Part shown: in pieces, positions 17,158-26,646 of the stretch
How positions within the stretch are numbered: position 1 is the stretch's first letter
Layout of the letters: each line of letters starts with the position of its first letter
Source of the DNA: an uncultured Phycisphaeraceae bacterium
GTDB lineage: Bacteria > Planctomycetota > Phycisphaerae > Phycisphaerales > UBA1924
Direction: 5' to 3'
DNA: 64,000 bases
Assembly (NCBI GenBank): GCA_964387925.1
Contig: CAYLXF010000007.1
Span: forward strand, 17,270 to 81,269
Translations under genes and position numbers: made by a program
Notes under the pieces: generated by a model
What the model saw: only the letters and a program-made list of their open reading frames with translations
What the model was told of the DNA's origin: nothing
Databases searched by the model: none

Positions 17158-18747
17158 TCAGTCGTCGAAGTACAGCGCCGCGTCCTCGGGCAGGTCGACC
17201 ATGAGCGCCTCGCGGTCGATGTGATCCATGCCGAGCTCGCCGTCGAACTTGCCCGTTTCCTGATCGGGGGCGTGGAGGTTGCCCTTGCCGCTGGTCCCGC
17301 TCAGGCGGCGCTCGACGCGCTTGCGCGCCCGCAGGATCAGCTTGATGGGCACCTCGTCGAAGGGGAGCAGCTCGCGGAACTTGTTCATCATGAACCGCTC
17401 GTAGTTGCTGGTGAACAGCTCGGGATCGTTGACCACCAGCACCAGCGTGGGCGGGGCGGTCTTGACCTGCGAAGCGAAGTAGATCTTGGCCTCCTGGCCA
17501 AGTCTGTTGCTGGGCCCTCGGGATTCGAGGATCCCCTGCACGATGCGGTTGAGCTTGCCCGTGCTGATGCGCGTGTTGGCCTGCTCGTGGAGCTCGAAGG
17601 CCAGGTCCATGGTTCCCTGGAGGTTCAGCCCCTCCTTGGCGCTCATGAAGGCGATGGGCGCGAAGCGCAGCCCGCCCAGCTCCTTGCGGAAGTACTCCTC
17701 GTACCGCTTGGGCGTCACCGGTCGCCCCTTCTCGTCCCTGGCGTCCTTGGCGATGTCCCACTTGTTGACCACGATGACCACCGGCTTGAACGAATCCACG
17801 ATCATCTTGCCCAGCTGCTCGTCGACCTGCGAGATCTCGGTCGTCGCGTCGATCATGAACATCACCACATCGCACCGGTCGATCGCCCGCTTGGCCCGGT
17901 CCAGCGCGTACCACTCGATCTCGTCCTGGAAGCTCTTCTTGCGGCGCAGCCCAGCTGTGTCGATGACCAGCATGGATTTGCCGCCGAACTCAAGCTTCAC
18001 ATCCACCGCGTCGCGCGTGGTGCCCGCGATCTCCGAGACGATCATCCGCGCCTCGCCGGCAAGCGTGTTGACCAGCGTCGATTTGCCCGCGTTGCGCTTG
18101 CCCACGATGGCCAGCTTCACATCCACCTCCGGATCGGGCTCGTCGCGGTTCTCGGGGGTGATGTTGTACAGTTCGTCGAGGAAGTGGCGACGGAAGTTCT
18201 TGGTCGTCGCCGAGCACATCAGCGGCACCCCGAAGCCGAAGGCGGAGAGCTCGTAGGCGTGAGGCTCCCAGCGCGTGTCGTCCACCTTCGTGGCCACGAC
18301 ATACACGGGGGTCAGCTGAGCGTTCTTGCTCCCGCCCTTGTCGCGCCGGCCCAGCTTCTGCTCGCGGAGCATCTGGGCGATCGCCTGGTCCTGGGCCGTG
18401 ATCCCCGCCTGGCAGTCCACCGCGAACAGGATGATGTCCGCGCTGCTCACCGCCTGGGCGATCTGCCCCTCGATGTGCCCGGTCAGCGTCGACAGGTCCT
18501 CGCCGATCTCGTTGTAGCGCTTGCCCTGGGCGACATACACCCCGTAGCCGCCGGTGTCGATGATCTCCGCCTGCTTGGGCGGGCCCTTGAGATCGGGGTG
18601 GGCCAACTCGACGATCGTGGAGACGCGGTCACGCGTCACGCCCGGCGTGGGCGCGACGATCGAGATCCGCTCCTGGGCGATGAGGTTGAGCAGCGAGCTC
18701 TTGCCCACATTCGGGCGGCCGACGATGGCGATGCGGGGAATGGGCAT
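17158..18747 (-). CDS. der: ribosome-associated GTPase Der (EngA)
   Basis: Two G domains (IAIVGRPNVGKSSLLN…DTGG; LAIVGKRNAGKSTLVN…DTAG…NKWD) plus a KH-like C-terminus. The inner ATG (MPIPRIAIVG) is preferred over the track start at 18798. Confidence 0.95.
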   Translation of the reverse strand: MPIPRIAIVGRPNVGKSSLLNLIAQERISIVAPTPGVTRDRVSTIVELAHPDLKGPPKQAEIIDTGGYGVYVAQGKRYNEIGEDLSTLTGHIEGQIAQAVSSADIILFAVDCQAGITAQDQAIAQMLREQKLGRRDKGGSKNAQLTPVYVVATKVDDTRWEPHAYELSAFGFGVPLMCSATTKNFRRHFLDELYNITPENRDEPDPEVDVKLAIVGKRNAGKSTLVNTLAGEARMIVSEIAGTTRDAVDVKLEFGGKSMLVIDTAGLRRKKSFQDEIEWYALDRAKRAIDRCDVVMFMIDATTEISQVDEQLGKMIVDSFKPVVIVVNKWDIAKDARDEKGRPVTPKRYEEYFRKELGGLRFAPIAFMSAKEGLNLQGTMDLAFELHEQANTRISTGKLNRIVQGILESRGPSNRLGQEAKIYFASQVKTAPPTLVLVVNDPELFTSNYERFMMNKFRELLPFDEVPIKLILRARKRVERRLSGTSGKGNLHAPDQETGKFDGELGMDHIDREALMVDLPEDAALYFDD

Positions 18748-18849
18748 GGTCGGGGGATCATACGCACGCCCCCGCGAGATCAAGCGTCCACGCCCCAAAC
18801 CCCCGCAAGATCAGTGGTTACACGAACGCCGGGGTGTGGCGATCCGCCC

Positions 18850-20718
18850 TCAGGCGGCTTGCAAGGACGCCGCGTCACCAGACCCGCCGGCAATGGCCTT
18901 GTCATTCCCGAGCGAGGGGATCGATCGGACCACCTGCTCGAACTCATCAAGGGTGAACGGCGCCGCGAGCAGTCGCGTCTCGCGGCTGACCCTGACGCTC
19001 TCCGGCAGGGTCAGGTTCCCCCCATTGGAGAGCACGATCACAGGAAGACCCTCCACCCCGCGCTCTTCTTCAAGGCGTCCGATCTCGGCGTCGATGCTCG
19101 CCGCGTCGCGCTGCTTGCGCATTCGCGCCATGATGAGATTGGGCGGGAAGGTGGCCTCGAAGTCGTCCCGCAACGTCCCGACCCAGTGCCCGATGCAGTC
19201 GATCTCGGGGTCCAGGGTCGCGTAGAGGGGGTTGAGCCCCATGTTCCGGCATGAGCGGCGCGGCTGGGGGTAGTTGTTGATTCCCATCTCGCCAAGCATG
19301 GCCAGACGCATATCAAGCACCATCTCCGGCAGGATTTCCTCAATGGTGCTCATGAACCCCCTGGGCAGCTTCATCGCCTCGAAGAACTCCTCGGTGGGGT
19401 AGACCGTCTCGTTGCCGCTGCACCCGATCCCCAGGGCGTGGACGATCCTGTTGGCCAGCGCCACGGTCGAGACCGCCTCGATCCGCTTGGGGCATGTCTG
19501 CCTGATGTTGCCCACGCTGAGGTGGTGATTCACGATCGGGTCGATCAGGTCCTTGTGGATCCCCCATTTATGCAGGACGGTCTGCATGATGGATGAGTGG
19601 TCGATCTGGAACAGGCGTCGCTCGATCTGTTCGAGCGGGAACAGATTCTCCCTGGCGAATCGCAGCGCTCCGATGTAGTCGTCCCCGAACGCCTGGTACA
19701 TGATCATGCGCCCCACATCGTGCAGCAGCCCGATGGTGAACGCCTCGTCCGCGTCGATCTGTCTTGTCTGGCGCGAGATTAGCGAGCAGCAGGTCGCCAC
19801 GGCGATCGAATGCTCCCAGAAGAGTCGATGGTCGATGTACTGCGAGGTGTCGGCTGAGAAGTTCTCCATGATCTCCAGGTTCAGCACCGTCTGCCGGATC
19901 TGCTGCACCCCGATCCGCCGCACCGCGTCGTTGAGCGTGCTCACCGGTTCGCCGCGGGAGAACGCCGTCGAGTTGGCGATGCGGATCACCTTGAGCGCGA
20001 TCGCATGGTCGTTCCTGATCGCCTTGGCCACCGTGTCCAGCGAGGCCTCGGCAGACCCCGTCAGCGAGATGACCCGCGCAGCCGTGGGCGAGAGCGCCTT
20101 GATCTCCGCCATGCTCTCGGTCCGCTCGATCGCCTCGGACTTGGTGACCACCGGCTTGACCGATTTGTAGATCTCGAGCTTCTGTTCCTTGGTGCGCGGC
20201 GGGGCCCAAGGGCGATTGGTCGCCGCGGCGGGTTCCGGCACGCGGGCCTCGTCTCCCGTCGCGGCATCCCCCCGCGCCGGCTCATTCCCGCACGCCGCGC
20301 CGGCGGGCGGCTGCTCCGTGCCGGCCGCCATCTTGCGGTCGCGCTGCAGCATCGTCACTTTGCTATAGAACACCTTGATCGTGAACTGATGCTTAATGAG
20401 CACCTGGGTCACACCCCGCTCGATCACGCCCAGGAGCCTCGACTTCCGCGCGCAGGTGGTGAGCAGGAAGAAAGACGGCGCCCCGCTGCCCATCATCGTC
20501 CTGGCCCGCTCGATCAGATCCTCCCCCGTGCCGTCAGGAAGGTCCAGCTCGTGGATCACCACCGCCGGTCGATGCAGGCGGATCAGCTCTAGCGCGTTCT
20601 CAAGCGTTGGAGAACTGATCACCGCGAATCGTTGGGCCCGGAGAAGAACGGTGATGCACTCCCTGGTCATCGAGCAGCCGTCGACGATCAGGATCTTCCG
20701 CGCGTCGGTCTGGATCAT
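18850..20718 (-). CDS. receiver (Glu at acceptor position) + HDOD + degenerate C-terminal receiver-like domain protein
   Basis: REC: ILIVDGCS, AVVIHELDLPDGTG, FFLLTT, LIKHQF. HDOD: LSPTAARVISLTGSAEASLDTVAKAIRNDHAIALKVIRIANSTAF…GLLHDVGRMIMYQ. The C-terminus (GLPVIVLSNGG…LLAAPFTLDEFEQVV) looks receiver-like. Confidence 0.85.
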   Translation of the reverse strand: MIQTDARKILIVDGCSMTRECITVLLRAQRFAVISSPTLENALELIRLHRPAVVIHELDLPDGTGEDLIERARTMMGSGAPSFFLLTTCARKSRLLGVIERGVTQVLIKHQFTIKVFYSKVTMLQRDRKMAAGTEQPPAGAACGNEPARGDAATGDEARVPEPAAATNRPWAPPRTKEQKLEIYKSVKPVVTKSEAIERTESMAEIKALSPTAARVISLTGSAEASLDTVAKAIRNDHAIALKVIRIANSTAFSRGEPVSTLNDAVRRIGVQQIRQTVLNLEIMENFSADTSQYIDHRLFWEHSIAVATCCSLISRQTRQIDADEAFTIGLLHDVGRMIMYQAFGDDYIGALRFARENLFPLEQIERRLFQIDHSSIMQTVLHKWGIHKDLIDPIVNHHLSVGNIRQTCPKRIEAVSTVALANRIVHALGIGCSGNETVYPTEEFFEAMKLPRGFMSTIEEILPEMVLDMRLAMLGEMGINNYPQPRRSCRNMGLNPLYATLDPEIDCIGHWVGTLRDDFEATFPPNLIMARMRKQRDAASIDAEIGRLEEERGVEGLPVIVLSNGGNLTLPESVRVSRETRLLAAPFTLDEFEQVVRSIPSLGNDKAIAGGSGDAASLQAA

Positions 20719-20933
20719 GGCTTCCCCTCAAAAGCAAAAATGCGCTTGGGTTGAATCTCGGAGTCTTGCGGCCGTATCTGAGCCCTCAAAGGGGGATCCG
20801 GCGCAGACCGCGCAGAAAGACGCAACGAGCCCCCCAGAACAAGCGGTGCTGTCCGCAATAAATTACACCGTGCGCGATGCTCAACCCCGCTCAAGCCAGA
20901 ATCCTTGATCGGCTCATGACATGATGCGGCGGG

Positions 20934-22649
20934 TCACGCCTGCGGCGCCGGCTCGGCCGCGTCGGCGCGCATGAACAGCGCCTCGCCCTTGCTGATCGTC
21001 TGCCCGGGCTTGATGCCGTAAGAACCGCTCCATCGGGCCATCTCGCCAAGCGGGGCCATCATGCGCGAGTTGGGGTTCTCGGGAGCCGTGAGATGGCGGC
21101 AGTTCCATGTTCGCCAGACCTGCGCCATCTTTTCGGGCATCACCGGCCACAGCAGCAGCGAGGCGATCCGCAGCGCCTCGGCGCAGCTGTACAGGATCGA
21201 CGCCAGCGCGCCCTGAGCCCCATCGAGCGTGCCGATCTGCTTGGCCAGGGTGAAGGGCGCGCTGTACGAGATGAACTCATCGACCTCGCGCACGATCGAA
21301 CGCCCGCTGTGAAGCATCGATTCCAGATCGAGCCGATCGAGCGCGTCTACCGCGTCGTTCACCGCCCCGGCGCTGAAGGCCGCGAGATCAAAGGAGCGGC
21401 CGGCATCGTCAACGGGTTTCCCCGCCTTCTCCAGCGCTTTCCGAGCCAGGGCCAGCGCCTTGCCCCCCTCGAACCCGAAGCGCCCGTCGCAGGTATGAGG
21501 CAGCCGGCCTTCGAAGTACTTGTTGACCATGTTCCCCACGCGGCTCAGCGAGTTGCCCACCGAGTTGGCCAGGTCCGCGTTGTACACCTCGATGAACCGC
21601 GCATGGGCGAAGTCCGCGTCGTTGGCCCCCAGAGGCCCCTGCGTCGTCAGGAACCACCGCACCGCGTCCAGCGAGTACTTTTCGGCGTAGGCCTTGAGCT
21701 GGTCGATCTCGATGAAGTTGCCCAGCGACTTGGACATCTTGGCGCCCTCGCTGATCCAGTACGCGTGGGCGTACACCGTGTCGGGCGCCTTCTCGCCCAG
21801 CGCGTGGAGCATCGCCGGCCACACCACGGCGTGGAACCACAGGATGTCCTTGGCCATCAGGTGCGTCACCTCGCCCGCCCAATACTTGCGCCGCTCATCC
21901 GTATCCACCGTCGTCAGGTAGTTGCACAACGCCTCGATCCAGACATAGATCCGGTGGGTGTCGTCGCCGGGCATCTTGATGCCCCAGTCCGCGTCGCCCT
22001 CCTTGATCTTGCGCGAGACCGGCACCGGGCGCAGGCCCTGCCTGAACCGCCCGAGCACCTCGTTCTTGCGCGCCTCGGGCAGCACCCGGATCGCCCCGCC
22101 CTCGATCTGCTCACGCAGCCAGGGCTCGTAGCGGGGCAGATCGAAGAACCAGTTCTGTTCCACCCGTTTTTCCAGCGGCTTGCCCGTCACGGGCGACTTG
22201 AAGTCATGCTCCTGGGCGACCGTGTCGGTCAGATATTCTTCCTGCGAAGCGTCGTACCAGCCCTCGTAGTCACCCAGCGTGATGATCCCCTGGTCCTTGA
22301 GCCGCGTGATGTACTCGACGGCCTTGCTGATATGCCGCTGCTCGGTGGTGCGCACGAAGTCGTCGTTGCTGAAGTTCATGAAGGCGAACGCGTCCTTGAA
22401 GCGCTCCGCGTTGATGGTGGCCCATTCATAGGGCGTCTTGCCGTTCTCGGCGGCGGTTTTGGAGACCTTCTCGGCGTGCTCGTCGGTCCCGGTCAGGAAG
22501 AAGACATCGCGACCGATCAGGCGCTGGGCGCGGGCCGCCACATCGGCGATCAGCGTGGTGTAGCAGTGCCCGATGTGCGGGCGATCGTTCACATAATAGA
22601 TCGGCGTGGTGATGTAGTACGGGCGATGGTTGGGGGCTTGGGTGGGCAT
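20934..22649 (-). CDS. metG: methionine--tRNA ligase
   Basis: HIGH-type motif (YYVNDRPHIGHCYTT) and KMSKS (AKMSKSLGN). The inner ATG (MPTQAPNHRPYYITTP) is preferred. Confidence 0.95.
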   Translation of the reverse strand: MPTQAPNHRPYYITTPIYYVNDRPHIGHCYTTLIADVAARAQRLIGRDVFFLTGTDEHAEKVSKTAAENGKTPYEWATINAERFKDAFAFMNFSNDDFVRTTEQRHISKAVEYITRLKDQGIITLGDYEGWYDASQEEYLTDTVAQEHDFKSPVTGKPLEKRVEQNWFFDLPRYEPWLREQIEGGAIRVLPEARKNEVLGRFRQGLRPVPVSRKIKEGDADWGIKMPGDDTHRIYVWIEALCNYLTTVDTDERRKYWAGEVTHLMAKDILWFHAVVWPAMLHALGEKAPDTVYAHAYWISEGAKMSKSLGNFIEIDQLKAYAEKYSLDAVRWFLTTQGPLGANDADFAHARFIEVYNADLANSVGNSLSRVGNMVNKYFEGRLPHTCDGRFGFEGGKALALARKALEKAGKPVDDAGRSFDLAAFSAGAVNDAVDALDRLDLESMLHSGRSIVREVDEFISYSAPFTLAKQIGTLDGAQGALASILYSCAEALRIASLLLWPVMPEKMAQVWRTWNCRHLTAPENPNSRMMAPLGEMARWSGSYGIKPGQTISKGEALFMRADAAEPAPQA

Positions 22650-22792
22650 CGCGGGGATTGTAGAGCGGCCGCCGCTTGGCCGCCTGACCATCCCGCGCCG
22701 GCGCCGGGGAGTGATGATCGGCCAGGCGCGGCGCCGGGAAACTGACCGAGCGTTTTGCGCTATGCTTTGTCAACAGAGGGAATACATCCGCC

Positions 22793-23443
22793 GTGTGCGC
22801 GGTTGACCTGCACGATCCGAGGGGCGAGCGGTTGGAACGGAACCTGTTCGAGCAACTCGCCATGGAGCACCTCGACGCGGTGTACCGAATGGCGCTGCAT
22901 CTGACCCGTCGGCCTCAAGAGGCCGAGGAGTTGGTTCAGGAAGTCTACGCTCGTGCGTTCCGCCCACGGACGATCGAGCGTTTCGTCGATAAGAGTCCGG
23001 CGGACGATCCCACATCCGGAAGCGGGGGCATGCGGTCCTGGCTCTTCGCCATTACCCACAATGTCTTCTACACCCGCATCAAGAAGCAGTCGCGCCAGCC
23101 GACGGCCGTGGAATCGTTCTTTAACGAGTCGTCCACCGAGACGCTCCCCGACCAGCCCCCGCCGGTCTGGGACCGGACCGACCTGGACTGGGAGCATGTC
23201 GATGGCCGCCTCAAATCGGCCATCGAGGAACTGAAAGACGAGTACCGCGAGGTGCTCCTGCTCTGGGGCGTCGATGGGCTCAAATACCGCGAGATCGCCG
23301 AGATCACCGCGGTGCCCATCGGCACCGTGATGAGCCGGCTGCACCGGGCACGCAAGCTGCTGGCCGACAGGCTCATGAGCGACGAGAGAACCGTCGATGA
23401 CCTGGGGCTGAGAACGATGACCGGTGGGCCCGACCGGAACTGA
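22793..23443 (+). CDS. ECF-type RNA polymerase sigma factor
   Basis: Region 2 (HLDAVYRMALHLTRRPQEAEELVQEVYARAF) and region 4 HTH (EYREVLLLWGVDGLKYREIAEITAVPIGTVMSRLHRARKLL). GTG start; exact start uncertain. Confidence 0.9.
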   Translation: MCAVDLHDPRGERLERNLFEQLAMEHLDAVYRMALHLTRRPQEAEELVQEVYARAFRPRTIERFVDKSPADDPTSGSGGMRSWLFAITHNVFYTRIKKQSRQPTAVESFFNESSTETLPDQPPPVWDRTDLDWEHVDGRLKSAIEELKDEYREVLLLWGVDGLKYREIAEITAVPIGTVMSRLHRARKLLADRLMSDERTVDDLGLRTMTGGPDRN

Positions 23444-23511
23444 GACCCGACCCGACGACGCGCGACCACCACCCCTCACCGCCGGGAGTTGCCCGGGAGA
23501 CCCGACCGACG

Positions 23512-24513
23512 ATGACCCAAGACCACCACCATCACCGCCCCAGCGACCAGCACGCCCCAGACGACCACGAGCACGCCGCCTTCTTCGACGCGCTCCTGCA
23601 CGAGCAGCCCCTCAACCTCGCGGCCCTCGTCCGCGCCTGCGCCGACGGGGAACTCACCAGGGCCCAGTGCGATCGCCTGGCCGCCTGTTTCGCCCAGCAC
23701 CCCCAGGCCCGCTCGCAGGTCGAGTTCGAGCGCTCCCTCCGTGACTGCTGCCGGCGGGTCCTTGGCGCGCCCCTCTGCCCCCAGCGCCTGCGCGACCAGA
23801 TCGCCTCGCTCGCCGCCACGGGCGGCGCCCAGGAACCCCTTCCCGCCCAGCCCGACCCCGCCCCGGAAACCCCCGCTGCGCAAGACCGCCGTCTCTGGGG
23901 CATGTCGCCCGTGCTGGCCATCGCGGCGATGCTCATGCTCACCTTCGCCGGCGTGCTGATCTGGCAGAGCATCGCCTTCTCGGGGAATGTCCCCGTGGCC
24001 CCGGGGCTCAGCATCGGCCAATCCGCCTATTACGAGCGAGTCAGCGATTTCGTCGTCCGCGAGCACAACCGCTGCTGCGCCGACGAGGCGGCCCGCGAGA
24101 AGCTCATCCGCCACGACATCAATCAGGCCGTCGAGTATTTCAGCGCCGAGTTCGGCCGCCCCGTCGCCTTGCCCGATCTCACCCTCGCCCGCGGGGAGGT
24201 CGAGTTCTACGGCGGGGGCGACTGCCGGGTCCCCTCCACGGCCCGCTCGGGGCACCTGCGCTTCGACGCCCTCGACCGCCAGGGCCGCCCCGTCGCCATG
24301 AGCCTGTTCATCGCCCCCGACCCGGGGCTGCTGCCCCTCAAGGAGGGCACCACCTACCTTATTAGCGCCAAGGCCTGCTCGGATTCGGGCGCCCATCTCT
24401 TCGCCTGGGTCAGCGACGGGATCCAGTACCTGCTGGTCTCGGAAGCCACCGACGACATGTGCGCCAGCATGCGCCGGCTCATGAAGGCCCCGCCCACCCT
24501 CAGCAGCATCTGA
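23512..24513 (+). CDS. putative anti-sigma factor (His-rich N-terminus, Cys-rich cytoplasmic domain, single TM)
   Basis: Lies directly downstream of the ECF sigma gene. N-terminus is MTQDHHHHRPSDQHAPDDHEH. Cys-containing N-domain: ACADGELTRAQCDRLAACFAQHP…RDCCRRVLGAPLCPQRL. TM: SPVLAIAAMLMLTFAGVLIW, followed by an extracytoplasmic C-domain. Confidence 0.6.
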   Translation: MTQDHHHHRPSDQHAPDDHEHAAFFDALLHEQPLNLAALVRACADGELTRAQCDRLAACFAQHPQARSQVEFERSLRDCCRRVLGAPLCPQRLRDQIASLAATGGAQEPLPAQPDPAPETPAAQDRRLWGMSPVLAIAAMLMLTFAGVLIWQSIAFSGNVPVAPGLSIGQSAYYERVSDFVVREHNRCCADEAAREKLIRHDINQAVEYFSAEFGRPVALPDLTLARGEVEFYGGGDCRVPSTARSGHLRFDALDRQGRPVAMSLFIAPDPGLLPLKEGTTYLISAKACSDSGAHLFAWVSDGIQYLLVSEATDDMCASMRRLMKAPPTLSSI

Positions 24514-24685
24514 GCCGCGTGCGCCGCTCCCTGGCCCGCTTCCCGGCGCACCCGCGCAACCGGGTGTGTTTTTCGGGAAAATCGGGCGTTCTCGCGCCAC
24601 ATCCACGCCGCCCAACCGCTTTCTGCGAACCGGCTCCCCCCCGAGCCGAGTATGATACGCGGGGATGCTTCAGAGGAGACCGGCC

Positions 24686-26611
24686 ATGCCCAGCGACACC
24701 CGAACAGCACCGATCCTGACCGCCGCCCTGCTGCTGGCCGCCAGCGCCGGTTCGGCCCGCGCCCAGAACGCCCTGGGCGACGGCCGGGCGCTCGACGCCA
24801 ACCCCGGCCAGTACGGCCGGAGCAACTACCAGCGCCCCAGTCTGATGGACGAGATCCGTTTCCGCAACGCCATCGCCACGGGCAACGCCCCCGGTGGGCT
24901 GAGCTTCCGCGGAGATGTCGGCTACCGCGCCCCGGGTGAGTTCACCGGGCAACTAGGCTCGGACTCGCTCTTCGCCTTCCGACGCGATTCCTTCTACTCC
25001 GGGCTGGCCGGGATGGGCATCCGGGGGACCGACGCCCTCCAGTACCAGTTCGCCCTGACCACCGGCGCCAACCCGCCGCGAAATCTCATGGGCAACCTCA
25101 ACTACACGCGCGACGATCAGTACGCCACCAGCGGCCGCGCCACCCGCGACGCCACCGCCACCGACCCACGATTCACCCCGCTCCAGACGCCGCCGCTGGG
25201 CGTGGACCAGACCGGCGCCCAACTCGACACCCGCGGTCAAACCCTCTCGGTCGATCCCACCACCCTGGGCGTGGACGCCGGCTCGATGCTCGGCACGCTC
25301 CGGTCCTCCTCCACCTACGCCACCACCTCCACGCTCCAGCCCTCGCTGATGTCGGTCTACGAGCAGGGCGTGGATCGCCAGCCCATAGGGCTGATCTCCT
25401 CGCCACTGCTCGGCGTCACCACCACGCCCCTGGCCGACGACGAGCAGAAGGCGGCCAACCCCCTGGTGGCGCGTCCGATCACCGCCGACACCGATCCCGC
25501 CGTGCCCGGCGACCTGCCCTCGACGCGCGTGGTCACCTCCTACGACCAGGTTATCGAGGACATACGCAACCGGGCTCAAGCCGTGCGCGAGGGCAAGGCG
25601 GGCGACTCCTCGGCCTCCACCACGCCCGGCGAGACCAACGACGCCTGGCTCATGCGCCAGATGGAGGACCTGCGCCAGAAGCTCTACGGCAACAAGCCCG
25701 CCAACGATGGCGCCCCCGCGGATCCAAACAATCCAACCGGACCGGCCGACCCCGGCGCGACCGGAGCCGATCAGGACACGGGCGACGACACGCGTCAGAA
25801 CAACCCCACCGATCCGGCCAACCCCGCCAGCGGCGCCAGCGCCATCCCCCCCGCCGTCCCGCCGCTGCTCAGGAACCAGGGCGCCACCACGCGCAGCGAC
25901 CAGGCCAAGAAGACCGATTCCAAGGCCGGCCAGATCGTCGATCCCATGCAGGGGGTCCAGCTCTACGACCCCACCCAGATCGCCATCGACCCCGACACCC
26001 TCGAGGTGCTCCGCGGCAGCGCGGCCACGGAGGTCGAGCAGCTGCTCGACCCCAACGCCGACACACGCAACATCTACGCCGAGCACATGACCGTGGGCGG
26101 GGAACTGATCCAGGCCGGTCGCTACTTCGACGCCGAGGAGCGGTTCACCCACGCGCTCTCGATCCGCCCCGGTGATGTGTCGGCCCAGCTCGGCCGCATC
26201 CACGCCCAGATCGGCGCGGGGCTGCTGCTGAGCGCCTCGGTCAACCTCCAGACCCTCTTCTCCGTCCACCCCGAGGTGGCCGCCTCGCGCTACTCGGGCC
26301 AGCTGCTCCCCGACGAGGAGCGCATGGACCAGCTCAAGACACGCCTGCGAGAGCGGGCCGGGCTGCTCATCTACGAGCACGGCCCCCGGTATCTTGAGGG
26401 AGAGCGCGTCCGCGTCTCGGCCGGGCTGCTGCTGGGCTACCTCGGGTACCAGAGCGACGACGAGGACGCGATGAATCAGGGCCTGGGCGTGGTGCGCCAG
26501 TCCGGCGCCGAATCGGACAAGCGCTTCGCCAGCCTGCTGGCCCAGCTCTGGGACGCCCATCCCATCCTCCCCGAGCCCGCCGAGAAACCCACGGGCGCCG
26601 CCCAGGAGTAA
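24686..26611 (+). CDS. secreted protein of unknown function with TPR-like C-terminal region
   Basis: The second ATG of track ORF 24665-26611 is preferred (GAGGAG 7 nt upstream). Signal peptide: MPSDTRTAPILTAALLLAASAGSARAQ. A low-complexity Pro/Asp/Thr-rich middle is followed by a helical-repeat-like C-terminus (…GRYFDAEERFTHALSIRPGDVSAQLGRIHAQIGAG…). Confidence 0.65.
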   Translation: MPSDTRTAPILTAALLLAASAGSARAQNALGDGRALDANPGQYGRSNYQRPSLMDEIRFRNAIATGNAPGGLSFRGDVGYRAPGEFTGQLGSDSLFAFRRDSFYSGLAGMGIRGTDALQYQFALTTGANPPRNLMGNLNYTRDDQYATSGRATRDATATDPRFTPLQTPPLGVDQTGAQLDTRGQTLSVDPTTLGVDAGSMLGTLRSSSTYATTSTLQPSLMSVYEQGVDRQPIGLISSPLLGVTTTPLADDEQKAANPLVARPITADTDPAVPGDLPSTRVVTSYDQVIEDIRNRAQAVREGKAGDSSASTTPGETNDAWLMRQMEDLRQKLYGNKPANDGAPADPNNPTGPADPGATGADQDTGDDTRQNNPTDPANPASGASAIPPAVPPLLRNQGATTRSDQAKKTDSKAGQIVDPMQGVQLYDPTQIAIDPDTLEVLRGSAATEVEQLLDPNADTRNIYAEHMTVGGELIQAGRYFDAEERFTHALSIRPGDVSAQLGRIHAQIGAGLLLSASVNLQTLFSVHPEVAASRYSGQLLPDEERMDQLKTRLRERAGLLIYEHGPRYLEGERVRVSAGLLLGYLGYQSDDEDAMNQGLGVVRQSGAESDKRFASLLAQLWDAHPILPEPAEKPTGAAQE

Positions 26612-26646
26612 TCCCCGATCTCCAGCGCGACCCCGCGCCATCGCTC

